DNA of 64,000 nt from Azolla caroliniana (lineage: Eukaryota > Plantae > Polypodiophyta): contig JBHGNT010000016.1 of the NCBI GenBank assembly GCA_043228905.1, positions 13,888,001 through 13,952,000 of the forward strand, written 5' to 3'. Under the pieces are notes generated by a model. That model was not told where the DNA came from, did no database searches, and saw only the letters and a program-made list of their open reading frames with translations. Positions 36,303 to 50,115 of the stretch are shown here, piece by piece (positions within the stretch are counted from its first letter, which is position 1; every line of letters starts with the position of its first letter). The translations under genes and the position numbers were made by a program.

Positions 36303-38492
36303 TGCAAACCTAGTTTGTGGGGGTTGTGGTTGTTGTGGTCATTGTTGGCTCCATTCATTTTGTAACTCAGAGTTCAAATAATACAGTTACAGTGTGCTTG
36401 TATTATCACCGTTTTCTTTTCTCCTTGTAACTCTCTTGATCTTGTCTCACAATTTAGTTGTCTATTACTCTAAATTTGTTTCTAGTTCTCTCTAACGATC
36501 TTTATCACAAAGAGCGTTGAGATATCGTTCCGCACCTAGACAGCTGCTTACAACATCTGGTATCAGAGCAAGGCATTTTCTTGATCCCGTTGTCACCGTC
36601 TACTTTGTTCTTCATCAGCAACTCTCCTTTGTCCCTTCCGAAGACAGTTTTTGGTATAACAGATTCCAAGATTTCAGTCCTACTAAAATCCTTTGTCTGG
36701 CAACTCTTCACAAGATTATATTCAACAAAGATAAACACCTAGAAAGTATACACTCCATTGTTCTAAATCACTCTTGCAGTAAGCCAGTCAGTTGTATTTT
36801 ATGCCTGTGATTGTAGCCGCTCAGAGTGAGTCTTCGTTTTGTAAGTTCTGCCTCAATCGTGGTTCATCAGGTTAGATGACAATCGAATAGGTCAATCGAC
36901 CATATTCACTTGCTTATCGTAATCACTCGTAGTAGATTGGGCTCCAGGGAACAACCCCTATGAGTGCTTCATTCAGCTAGATGACATTCGGGAGGACCAG
37001 TCAACTCCTTCCCTCTCATCGTCGTAGTCATTCGAAGCAGGATTGGCCTGGATAATCGGCACAAAATCTGTGATCGACATCTCAAAACCGACATTGGAAT
37101 CAAATTGACTGATTTGAATCCAACTTGGCTAAGTCAAGCGACTATAGTCACTTCGGATAGAGTCAGCCAATAGTCAAAACCAATTCGATTCGTGTCCAAA
37201 TCCGACTAGAACAATATCGGGTAAGCCAGTCGGCTACACCTCACCACATTCGTAGTCAATTCTAAACAAAGTCTAACAAGCTTATACAGATGGCATCAAC
37301 ATCCGGCTCATCAGAGATGAGTCTAAGGAAGTTCAACAGATCAAACTTCAACTTCTGGAAAGAGCAGATGCAAGACTATCTGATAGTCAAGGGTCAAATA
37401 GATCAAATCGAGTCAGAAAATTCCCCAGAAGGAATCAAGCCAAATGAGTAGATGAAACTCAACAGAATTGTCCGAGACACCATTCGGATGCACTTGTCGG
37501 AGTCAATGTACTTCACAGTGCAATTGTGTTCGATGGCCTTTCAACTGTGGAAGACACTCTTGGACACTTATGAGAAGAAGGTAGCCTCCACAAAGATATA
37601 TCTGATTTACTGCCTTTACAACCTTCAGATGAAAGAATCTGATTCGGTCTAGGCACACCTCAATGAGTACGAAGGCCTAAGCTCCCAAATTTCAGCCTAG
37701 GGGACGACTATTGAAAGCAATGCTACTCATGAGTAGTCTCCCTCCATCGTGGGAAACTTTCATCACAACTGTATGCAATGCATCGGCTGTCATCATTAAG
37801 TACTCCGTAGTCACGAGTGCAATTTTGAATGAAGCATCTCGGAGGAAATCGTTTGCAAACAATTCAGCCAATGACTCTTACATAGCACAAGGTTCGACCG
37901 ACCGATCAAACAATCGAGGAAGAAGTTCTTCCCGACAGTCGAACAATCAGCGAAGTTAGAGCAAGTCCCGAGACAATCGAATATGCAACTACTACAAGAA
38001 ACCCGGGCACATCAAATCCGATTGCCATGCACTCAAAGCTAAGAATGATAAAGCTCAGCCAGCTTATCAGAAGAGTGATTGGCATGAGGAGGTCAACTAC
38101 ATCGGCTCTTCAGCCGAAGTATTATCAAACGACCCGAACATACTATCCATTGAAAACCCAGTCGAATCAAAAGTTCTGCTTACGACTGAGGAATCGAGCA
38201 TATGGCTCTTGGATTTGGGTGCGTCCTACCATGTGATCCCTCATAGATCCCAGTTTTGGCAATATTTGGCCCGACACCCCAACTCAATATGAGTCGGAAA
38301 TTCGCAACATTGCACTATTATCAGAATCGGCACCGTAGAACTCAATCTCCCAACTGGTTCTACATTAGTACTACACAATGTCGGACATGTACCTGAGCTC
38401 TCAAGACCTTTGATCTCAGTCGGACAATTCAACGAAGACGGCATTTGTGCCGGCTTCTCATCAGGAGGGTGGACACTCCACAAGGGGAACCT

Positions 38493-39791
38493 TGTCACAA
38501 GTAGAAAATATGCACAAGAGAGTAGAAGATAACCAAAGGGATGAGTTAATGAATTGAAAGTCTCTGTAACTAGTGTTGTTCACCTTGATTGTAATCTAGG
38601 TGAACACACATATTTATACAAGTTCTGAGATTGAATATACCTAAGAAATATCTCTAGAATATACCCGAGAAAATATTTCTAGAATATACCATAGAACATT
38701 TCTAGAATATACTAAAGAGGACAATATTCTATATGTTAGACTTTAAAATATTAACCATATACAATTTACATATAACTTAACGGTTTCCAAATGGTTTATT
38801 TAATACTAAGTATTGGGTGTGTTATAGGTTAAAAAGGTTCGAGTCTAGATGTGACATTATCCCCCCTCCTACATCACCTTCCCAAACCCGTCGCCGGTTT
38901 GTTGGGATACCAGAGATGAAAATCTTTAACCACCTCCAGGGCATTTTGTAAATTCTTCCCAGGTTCCCACGTGGTTTCAGACAAGGGATAACCCTTCCAC
39001 AAGACGAAGTATTGTCGGTGTGGACAGTGCAAACACGAGTCAAGTATTTGGGTGACCTCGGATTCCTCGCATGTCATCAACTGCACAGGTGGTGGTCGGG
39101 GGGCCTGGAAAGCCCCGGAAACGTGACCTCGTTCCATCAAATTTTTCTGGGAAGCTATTCTTAAGCTCAAGAAAATGAGAAGACGCTTGGTCAGATGTTG
39201 GTAGAAGATTGGGCTCTGGGCTACGTTGCGGTGGGACACTAGGCTACGTGGGTTGTGAGGATAGGGAGGCTCCGACTTGAAGTTCTTATAAAGAATTCCG
39301 AAGAGATTCATTTTCAAGCTAGAGTTGTTGTAAGGTTGTCATTAACTGGCTTAAGTCACAGGCTGGGTCGGACATAGCTACGGCTAATGAGAAGGAGAGC
39401 TACGAGGATGGGAAGGTGAACAAACTATCACGAGTAGAAAATATGCACAAGAGAGTAGAAGATAACCAAAGGGATGAGTTGATTAATTGAAAGACTCTAG
39501 TGTTATTCACCTTGATTGTAATCTAAGAAAACACACATATTTATACAAGTTTTGAGATTGAATATCTCTAGAATATACCTAAGAAATATCTCTAGAATAT
39601 ACCCGAGAAATATCTCTAGAATATACCATAGAACATTTCTAGAATATACTAAAGACTAGAATATTCTATATGTTAGACTTTATAATGTTAACCATATGCA
39701 ATTTACATATAACTTAACGGTTTCCAAATGGTTTATCTAATATTAAGTATTGGGTGTGTTTTAGGTTAGAGGTTCGAGTTTAGATGTGATA
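38493..39791 (-). mobile_element. 1.3-kb non-autonomous chromovirus (Tcn1-like) derivative
   Basis: LTRs 38493-38856 and 39426-39791, TSD AACCT (38488-38492, 39792-39796), PPT next to 38857, chromodomain QILDS..QYFVLWKGYPLSETTWEP in a 569-bp interior. Confidence 0.93.
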
Positions 39792-40562
39792 AACCTCCTA
39801 CTTGCTAGAGGATCGAAAGTACATTCATTGTACCCGTTATATGTCACACTCAGAGAGGGTGACTTGTTCCTAGTGGATATTCCCGTGTCATCGCTATGGC
39901 ATGGACGCATGGACGACTCAAACACCTCAGCAAGGCTGGCATAATGCACTTATCTAGATCCGGATACATCCCCAAACTCTCCTTCTCCAACCATTAATTC
40001 TGTGAGCATTGTCAGTATGACAATCAGACAGCCGCCTCATGCCCGACAAGTGCACCGAGAGAATCGAGTCCACTCGATTTAGTCCATTTAGATGTTTATG
40101 GCCCTATGCCACATCAATCTCTCAGGGGTGCTTTGTACTTCGTCAGTTTTATCGACGACTCGACTCGAAAGGTGTGGGCTTATCTGATCAAAACCATAGA
40201 ACAAGTTCTGAGATTACATACATACATACATACAATGCATATACATACATATCAACTACATCCCATCCCATCCCTCTTTCTTCTTCCTTTCCTTCCTTCT
40301 TCCCTTCCTTTTCCTATTCTCTCTCTCTCTCTCTACCTCTCTCTCTCTCTCTTTTCCCATGCCTGCTTTTTCCATGTGTGCGAAATGTCACTCGCTTGCT
40401 GACGTCATACCCACCCTCTCTCTTTGCGCATGATGACGTCATGCCCAACTCCCCTTCCCTCTCTTTCTCTCTCCCTCTCTTTTGTGTGACACACACACAT
40501 ACACACACACAAAGAGAGAGAGTCATTCAGTCACTAATCACTACATATTGTCTTGTGTATTA

Positions 40563-40602
<40 letters not shown>

Positions 40603-41266
40603 AAAACCTTTGTCTCTGAGAGCCCACTGACTCCGCCCCTCCCTTAATTATTCCTCCTCCTCCTCCTCTTAATTAATCACATAACCTACTCAAGAAGCCC
40701 TGCTAATCACCTCGCCACACTTCATTAATCCCCCTCGCTAATCGCCTCTCTCTTCATGGCATCCTCCCTAGGCTTTTTAACCTAACTAGTCACGTGATTA
40801 AGCCCACTAATCACCTCTCCTCATGCACACCTCCCTGGGATTAAACTAACTAATCCCCGTTATATATATCCCATTAATCATCACCTCTCGTCATGTCACC
40901 TCCCTAGGATCCGCCAAATTAATCGCTTGACATATTTATACAAGTTTTGAGATTGAATATCTCTAGAATATACCTAAGCATTATCTCTAGAATATACTCG
41001 AGAAATATCTCTAGAATATACTCGTCTAGAATATACCATAGAACATTTCTAAAATATACTAAACACTAGAATATTCTATATGTTAGACTTTATAATGTTA
41101 ACCATAACTAGAATATTCCATATGTTAGACTTTATAATGTTAACCATATGCAATTTACATATGTTAATAATTAGGTAAGGAATTAAGCAAGGGTTAATTA
41201 ATACCTAATTATGTGATTAGTTGATAAGCGGAAGATTATGTGATATGTGTGTGTATGTGTGTGTGA

Positions 41267-41304
<38 letters not shown>

Positions 41305-41525
41305 CACTTATGAACAACAGAAGATGGGGGATAACTAACTATATTAAATTAGCTTTATCATCATCAAATACAAAAATACCATCAATGAGGTATATATAGA
41401 TCTCATGTGCAAGGTTGCACATGTGTGAGGAGAATATAGGTACAACCGTGTAAGTCCTATATTAAATGACCTTGGGAGTGGAGGATCTAGAATATCCTAT
41501 TTAAGTCGTTATAATCAACACTTCT

Positions 41526-44500
41526 TGTTGAACACAGTGCTCAGCCACCACCTAGGAATAGGATAAATTCACAGAAAACAGGAAATACAAAATGCACCAG
41601 GACAATAGAGAGAAGAGTACACAGGATGTTTTACGTGAAAAACCCTAAATGGGAAAAAAACCACGGGAGTCCTCGAACTCCAACTATCACTATAAACAGA
41701 GGTGTACAATGGTGAAGCTACAAGGCAACAACCTTGAGCTCACTGTCTTCGCCACAGGCGGCGGTAATACACAGAGGCAACGACCTCTTCGTCTCTCTCT
41801 CTCTCTCTCTCTCGGCTGCTCTCACTTCGCAAAACAGAAAAATGAGCAACAACTTCAACAGCAACAAAACTGTTTGCCCTAAGTCATATTTATACACATA
41901 TGACTTTCGGGCTATTTACAAATATAGCCTCAAGGGCCCTTGGCAAACATATTCACAAATATGTCCCCGCATCCGGATCTCTCTCCGGGTACATTCGTCA
42001 TCCGGCTCCGTAGCTGGGGTCTTCATCATCCGGCTCCGTAGCCGGGGTCTTCATCATCCGGCTCCGTAGCCGGGGTCTTCATCCCGATTCCCGGACATCC
42101 GACCATCCCATCCGGAGGGACCGTAATCCCAACAAACTCCCCCTTCACTTCGGCATGGGATGTCTTTCCAGTCCGACCCTCTTCCGGCACGCTTCCAGCT
42201 TGTCGGGTGTGAGCACTTTGGTCAGCATATCTGACCCGTTCTCGTCCGTGTGGATCTTCGTCAGCACGAACTCCTGGTCTTCTATCCTTTCCCGGATCCA
42301 GTGATATCTTCGCTGGATGTGCTTCGTCCGGGAGTGATAGGTCGCGTTCTTCGCAAGGTGGATGGAACTCTGATTGTCGCAGTAGAGTCGGTACTCCTCC
42401 TGCTGGATACCGAGCTCTCTAATGAAGTCCTTCATCCATATTATTTCCTTGCCGGCTTCAACGGCCGCCATGTACTCCGCCTCCGTGGTTGACAATGCAA
42501 CCGTCTTCTGCAGCCTCGACTGCCACGAAACAGCTCCCCCTGCATACGTCATCACATACCCTGATGTGGACCGGCTGGTATCTGCATCAGCCGACATATC
42601 CGAATCGGTAAAGCCGTCGAGTTCGGGCTTACCGGAGCCGAATCGGAGGCACACGTTTGCCGTGCCCTTCAGGTATCGGAGTATCCACTTGACCGCGTTC
42701 CAGTGCTCTTTGCCGGGATTGCTCATGTACCGGCTCACCACTCCGACTGCATATCCTATGTCCGGTCTTGTACACACCATTGCGTACATCAAGCTTCCGA
42801 CGGCAGAGGCATATGGTACTTTCATCATGTCCTCCTTCTCAGCCTTTGTCTTGGGGCTTTGCTTGCTGGACAACTTGCAGTTTACCGGGAGGGTTGACCC
42901 GACCGGTCTTGCTTCCGACATGTTGAACCGGTGAAGCACCTTTGTCACGTACTTCTCCTGTGACAGCCACAACTGCTTCTTCTCCCGGTCCCGGATGATG
43001 TGCATCCCTAGTATTTGCCTCGCCGGACCCAGGTCCTTCATTGAGAAGGTTCGGTGAAGCGCTTTCTTCAGCATCCGTATCTTGACCTGGTCCCGTCCGA
43101 CGATCAACATGTCGTCCACGTACAGGAGGAGTATTAGAGAGTCTCCTCCTTCGAACTTCTTCACAAACACGCAGTGATCGGACTGCGTTTTGTGGTACCC
43201 TTCGTCGGTCATGAAAGAGTCGAACTTCCGGTACCATTGCCGGGGAGCCTGCTTCAGTCCGTAAAGGCTCTTCTTTAACCGGCATACCAGGTGCTCCTTC
43301 CCTTTCTTCTCGAATCCTTCCGGTTGCTGCATGTAGATCTCTTCTTCGAGGTCACCGTGAAGGAATGCCGTCTTCACGTCCATCTGTTCTACCTCGAGGT
43401 CCATGCTTGCTGCCATGCTCAGCACCGTCCGGATGGAGGTCATCTTCACTACCGGGGCAAATATCTCGTCGAAGTCGACGCCCTTCTTCTGCTGGAACCC
43501 CTTCACCACGATCCTGGCTTTGTATCTCGGGGGGTTGCCGGCATCTCCCGGTTTCAGCTTGAACACCCACTTGTTTCGAAGTGCCCGCTTTCCTTTCGGC
43601 AACTCCACATGTTCATATGTGTGGTTCTCATGCAGGGAATCCATCTCCTCCTGCATGGCACTTAACCACCTGCGGCTATGGGTGTCGAGCTTTGCTTCTT
43701 CAAAACTCTCCGGCTCCCCCTCGTCGGTTAGCAGCACGTGCTCTGGTTCCGGAAATCTCCGGGGGGCCCTTCTCTCTCTTAGAGGATATCTCCGTTCCGG
43801 AGCTTCGGTACCCGGCTCCTCCGTTTCCTCTTCATCCGAATCCATTTCGAGATCGGGGCCGGTTCCGGTATCAGTTTCATCTTCCTCAGCCGGTTCTGTT
43901 TCTTCACCGTCTTCGGCCGGATCCTCGAGTGCTGACCGGTCCCTTGCCGGTCGGGACTGCTCCTCGTAGAGTTGATCCTCACCGGTCGTCTTGGAGCTCT
44001 TCATCTTCTTCTCCGACTCCCAGTCGGCAAGTGTCTTGTCCTCCATGAAGATGATATCACGACTCCGGAATATCTTTTTGTCGACCGGGTCCCATACTCG
44101 GTAGTCGAACTCGTCATCGCCGTAACCGAGGAATATGCATGGCCGGGTCTTTGGATCTAGCTTTCCTCTCCGGTCCTTTGCCACATGCACATATGCGAGA
44201 CACCCGAACACCTTCAGATGCCGGTAGGACACTTCCCTACCGGTCCACACTCTCTGCGGCGTGTCTCCGTCCAAAGGTACTGAGGGTGATCTGTTTATCA
44301 CGTATGTCGCCGTCGACATTGCCTCAGCCCAAAACCCCTTGGGTAATTTCGCATGCGCCAGCATACTCCGGACCCTCTCCATTATGGTCCGGTTCATCCT
44401 CTCGGCCAGCCCGTTCAGTTCCGGCGTCTTCGGCACAGTAAACTCGAGCCGGATTCCCTTCGAGCGACAGTACTCCGCGAACTACCCCCGGTATTCCCCT

Positions 44501-46804
44501 CCGTTATCCGCTCGTATCGCTTTCAGCTTCTTGCCGGATTCCCTTTCCACTCTCGCGTGGAGTTCTTTGAAGACGCACAACACTTGGTCCTTTGTCTTCA
44601 ACGGTGCCGTCCACAGCTTCCGGCTGTGGTCATCAAGGAATGTCACGAAGTACTGGGCTCCGCCATGTGACTTCGTTTCTACTTGACACACGTCCGTGTG
44701 CACCAACTCCAATGGTGCGCTACGTCTCGTCGGTGGCCTTGAGTGGAAGGAGGTTCGGTTCTGCTTACCGGCCAGGCAATCGGTGCACTTCTCCAGGTGC
44801 ACATGCTTCACTGGAATAAGGTTGTCTACTGCAAGCCTCTTCATCCCCTTCTCACTCATGTGGCACAGTCTCTTGTGCCACAACTCACCGGCAGTGTCGG
44901 CTGCCACGTTCAACTCCTCCGGACACAACCAGGCATTCATAAGGTACAGTGTGTTGACTTTCCGGGCCCGAGCCACTATCAGGCTCCCCTTGCTGAACTT
45001 CATTACGCCGTTCCGGATGCTACCTGTGTAGCCTTCATCGTCTAGCCTCCCGGCCGAAATCAGGTTCAATCGGACCTCCGGAACGTGTCGGACATCCTTC
45101 AGCAACATTTTGCATCCGGTCGAGGTTGTCAGCCACACGTCTCCTATGCCGGCAATCCGGCATGTACCTTCATTTCCCATCCGGACACAGCCGTGCTCAC
45201 CGGCTGTGTAGGATGAGAAGTATTTCTTCTCCGGGGTCAGGTGGAACGACGCTCCAGAATCGACCACCCAGGTCATCTCTTCACCGGCAAGGTTCAGCTC
45301 CCTTTCTTCGGTAATGAGCATTATCTCTTCTTCACTTGCCGTGAGTGCCGTCGTTCCTTTCCGGTCCTACCCTCGCCGATCCGAACCATTCCGGTCCGTG
45401 GCTCCCCGGTAAGCACCGTTCCGTTCCGAAGACTTCTTCGAATCGGTGTCGTCGGCTCCGTTGTCTTTTCGGTAATGCCGACAATTCTTTTGGAAGTGCC
45501 CCGGCTTCCCACAGTGGAAGCATGTGGGCCTTCCTCTTGACTGCGACCGGGTCCCCGACTTCTCCCGTCTTTGCGGACTCCGGTTCCGTTGTCTTCCCCG
45601 ATCCGATTCGGTAAGCAGCATCTTCGGATCGGAGGCCGGTTCTTTATCTCTCCGACGCGCTTCTTCGTTCAAAATGCTTGTCTTTACCGTTTGTAGAGAC
45701 AAGTTATCTTCGGTGCAGGAGGTGCTGAGAGTCACCACCAAGTTCTCCCAGCTTTCCGGCAATGTACACATCAGAATGATGGCTTGCATTGCATCCTCCA
45801 ACGGGAACTTGATCGCCGCAAGCTGGTTCACGAATCCCATGAACGTGCTTACGTGTTCCACCATATTCTCGCCGTCCCGGTACTTGAGGTTCACTATCTT
45901 CCTCATCAGGGAGGTACGGGTCAGAGCATTCTTCCTCTCATACAGTCCGGACAGCTTCTGCCACATCTCATAGGCGTTCGTATCGTTCGCCACATGTTGC
46001 AGAACACTTACATCGACATATTGCCGGATCGTCGCTACGGCTTTCCGGTTCAGGAGCTTCCACTCCGACTCTATTACCCCCTTGGGTATCTCGGCATTGT
46101 TGATCGGTTCATACAGGTCTCGGACGATGAGAAGGTCTTCCATCTTTATCTTCCAGTCGGCGTAGTTCTGTGAGTTCAACACCATCATGCCCGGAGGCCC
46201 ACTACCGCCGCCTTCCATTTTCTGTGTTACCGTCGCTCTGATACCACTCTGTTGAACACAGTGCTCAGCCACCACCTAGGAATAGGATAAATTCACAGAA
46301 AACAGGAAATACAAAATGCACGAGGACAATAGAGAGAAGAGTACACAGGATGTTTTACGTGAAAAACCCTAAATGGGAAAAAAACCACGGGAGTCCTCGA
46401 ACTCCAACTATCACTATAAACAGAGGTGTGCAATGGTGAAGCTACAAGGCAACAACCTTGAGCTCACTGTCTTCACCACAGGCGGCGGTAATACACAGAG
46501 GCAACGACCTCTTCGTCTCTCTCTCTCTCTCTCTCTCTCGGCTGCTCTCACTTCGCAAAACAGAAAAATGAGCAACAACTTCAACAGCAACAAAACTGTT
46601 TGCCCTAAGTCATATTTATACACATATGACTTTCGGGCTATTTACAAATATAGCCTCAAGGGCCCTTGGCAAACATATTCACAAATATGTCCCCGCATCC
46701 GGATCTCTCTCCGGGTACATTCGTCATCCGGCTTCGTAGCCGGGGTCTTCATCCCGATTCCCGGACATCCGACCATCCCATCCGGAGGGACCGTAATCCC
46801 AACA
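41526..46804 (-). mobile_element. Young full-length Ty1/copia element (Tnt1/Tork-like) inserted in an LTR
   Basis: TSD CTTCT (41521-41525, 46805-46809); LTRs 41526-42134 and 46250-46804 with about 4 substitutions; PBS 46235-46246; PPT 42135-42144. Confidence 0.97.
42145..46218 (-). pseudogene. Copia polyprotein in a single frame with two TAG stops (45367, 44482)
   Basis: Three track ORFs share one frame; CFHCGKPGH, VVDSGAS, PELNGLAER, YVDD and RNase H motifs. Confidence 0.95.
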
Positions 46805-49800
46805 CTTCTAACTAGATTCTATCTAGGTAACTACGAAGTGACATGGTTGACTAACTAACTAAACTAAGTTGAGCTTGATCTCTCAACACGCCCCCTCAAT
46901 CTCAAGTGTGAGGCATCCGACATCCGGTTTTTCTTTCGGTGTTGTCCGGCTTTCAATGTCGGCTTCTATGCGACTTTCGGTGTCGGCTTCTGCGTCGTGG
47001 CAATTTCGGTTCCTCCCCCTCAAGCCTGTGACGAAGGCTTGGGTCGATTGCTTTCACCCATCATGGGTCATGAGCCACTTCTATAGAGCTCTCGGGCTCT
47101 TGTTCGGCCACTACCTTCATCGTGAAGGCATAATGATGGGCCATGTACTCGTTGTAGCCGAGCCGAGTGACGGGTTTCTTCTCTCTAGAAGAACGTCGAT
47201 GTTTTTCGCTTGCCGATGTGAGCACCTTCTTTACTCTGGGTGTACGCATGATGGGTAGACCGAACTCACTGTCTAGTGAGGGAGCCGATCCATCTGAATC
47301 ATTGTCGTCGAGGTGATCGACTTCGTATTTAGGCATCTTACCTTTGCCTTTGCCTTTGTCCAAGTTCGTACTTGGTCGCGACGTGCTTGGATCACGTGGG
47401 GGCTCTTGTGGCCCACTAGGCTTTGCCGTAATCAGACTTTCCTCGAACATGTGTTCGAAGCGATCTCCATCTTCTACCTCTTGTTCGACGGATTCCGGGT
47501 CAAGCGGAGTTGGAGTTGAAGTTGTCTCTGGTGTGTACCAGGATGCGGACTCGTCGAAGACTACGTCTAAACTTACCCGAACCCCTCAGGTAGAAGGGTT
47601 GTAGCACTTGTATGCCTTCTTCTTGGACGAGTATCCTATGAGGATACATTCCTCCGACTTCACGTTGGGCTTCTATCGGCTTTCGTTCGGGATGCGTACA
47701 TTTGCAATGCTTCCGAACACCTTGAGGTGCGATAGGATTGGCTTCCTTCCGACGAGGAGCTCGTATGGAGTTAGATCATGCACTCCATTAGTGGTGCACC
47801 GGTTCATGAGATAGATGGCCGTGGATACCGCTTCGGCCCAATAGAAATTTGGCATGTGCTTCTCATGCATCATGGCACGTGCTATCTCGAATATTTGTCA
47901 ATTCTTCCTTTTGGTGACTCCATTTTGTTGGGGTGTGTGTCGGCACGAGAATTCTCTTCGAATGCCTTCACTTTGGAGGTAGGAGGTGAATTTGTCGGAG
48001 AAATACTCCTTTCCTCCATCCGATCGTAGGCATCGAATGTGCCGACCGGCTTCTTTTTCGACTTTAGGCTTGAGCTTTTGGAAGTGGGAGAGGATTTCGT
48101 TTTTCTTCTTCATCGGGTAGATCCACGCGTAGTGGGAGTAGTCGTCGATGAAGGGTACGTAGTATCGGCATCCGCCGATCGTCGGCGTTTGAGCCGGTCC
48201 CCATACATCTGAGTGTATGACATCGAGGAGGCCTTTGCTCGCGTGGCTCTCCTTCGGGAATGGGAGTCGATGTTGTTTGCCGAGTTTACACGCTTCGCAT
48301 ACTCGGTCGACTAGTTTCGACTCGAATGTCGGAAGTCCAATGATGACTCCCTGGCTTTGCATCGCTCAAAGCCGTTGGAGGTTTATGTGGCCAATTCTCT
48401 TGTGCCACAACTCAATGCTTGTCTCAGTTTTGAGACCTTTGGCGTACATTGTCGATTTCACCTCATTCGAATCCAGGATGAACATTCAGTCGTCTCTCCA
48501 CCCCTTCGCTATGAGTCGGCCATCTTTCTCGATGAAACAACCTTTGTTGTTGAAGCGGACTTGCATGCCTTGCTCCACGATTTGGTCGATTGAGACCAAA
48601 TTCTTCGTTATTGTGGACACGTGCAAGACATTATTAATGCAAGTTTGCTTGCCTTCTTTCCCGAATGGGACATTGCCGATGTGCCAAATGGGGTGCGTGG
48701 TGTCGTCTCCCATCTCTATGAAGTTGGGTCGATCCGGCATTCGTAAATCACGAAACCACTCTTCGTGAGATGTCATGTGATGTGAGGCGCCAGAATCGAC
48801 GAACCACATGTCTTCCGAATTGGAGGTGCTCGCAGAGTCGGAGGCCATCATAGAGTTCGCTCTATGCCTCATTATGAATAGTCCGTTGTAATCATCGTAT
48901 GCGGAGTTGATGACATAATTCGTGAGTTGTCGACTTGTGGAAGCCGACTCGTTTCTTCTTTTTCGGCACTCCTCGCGGTGGCCGATTTTGCCGCAATAGT
49001 TGCAAGTTGCGGGCCTTGTTTGCCGACCTTGTTCGGCATGGAAGCTCCCCCTTCTTCCGAAGGTTCCTTGATGGCTTCCGTGAAGGTTTGAATTCCCTTC
49101 GTGTGATGGGCCGAATTCGCATCTTCTACCGCTGTGACGTCCTCTGCTGTGACCTCATCCTCGGCCACCGTCCAAGCTTGAGAAGAACATTTGTCCTTCC
49201 GACGTCTTTTTCTTGGTTCGGACGTGGTTCTCTTCGACCAATAACATTGGTTGGAGGTCGAAGAACGAAGGAGGGTTTTCTCTCGCCAAGATTGCCATCC
49301 TCAACGAGTCGAATTGTTGTGTGAGGCTGCCCAAGCATACTTGAACCATCTCGTCTTCGTCGACGTTTATGTTGATGGAGCCAAGTGATTTGCAAATGAT
49401 CTTGATCTTGGCGGCGTAGTCCGACACGGACATGTCTTTTTGTTGAATGTTATTCAACTCTTGTCGGAGTTCAAGCTTTCGTGCGGTCATGTTGGCGGCG
49501 AACATTTTCTTTAAGTTCTCCCATGCCTCTTTGGGCGTCTTGGCATCTCGAATGTGGCTAAGCACGTGGTTGTGGACACATGTTACCAAGTAATACATGA
49601 CTCGACTCGCCGCTTACTCCCATGTTGAGTAGTCGGCGTTCTTTGGGTCGGGTCGATTTTCTTGAGCGTCGTTGATGTAGCTCCAATACCCTTGGCCGAC
49701 GAGGTATTGGGTCATCTTGTACTCCCAAGATGAATAATTGCTCCGGTCTAGCTTTTCACTAGGGAGAGAGCTTCCCATTTGTGTGTTCATGTTGATTGTG

Positions 49801-50065
49801 TCTTCTCTTCTTTCGCTTTTCTTCCTTCGATCACGTACACGTGCTACGTAGCAGCACTACGGTAGTTGATAGCCGGATTTTGTCGTCGGCATCTCGAACA
49901 CACAATCACGAAGTCGGGTGGGCTTAGTGGATTTTCTAAACCACACACTCTGATACCATGTTAATAATTAGGTAAGGAATTAAGCAAGGGTTAATTAGTA
50001 CCTAATTATTTGATTAGTTGATAAGCAGAAGATTATGTAATATGTGTGTGTATGTGTGTGAGAGG

Positions 50066-50115
<50 letters not shown>

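Noticed and set aside
36304-36308. GCAAA as the TSD partner of 30160-30164
   Set aside because: No 3' LTR precedes it; probably coincidence within the next LTR start.
38630-38720. CRISPR-like short repeats (atatctctagaatatacc)
   Set aside because: LTR-internal tandem repeats without unique spacers, in a eukaryotic context.
40039-40647. 202-aa ORF as a gene
   Set aside because: It is open only because of CT/CA/GT microsatellites.
41639-41649. Telomeric repeat AAACCCTAA
   Set aside because: A single telo-box inside an LTR; no telomeric array here or beside the PLE.
45367-45369. TAG between gag and pol as programmed readthrough
   Set aside because: The context is TAG-GAC, not CARYYA, and a second TAG interrupts integrase; CAG>TAG decay is the simpler explanation.
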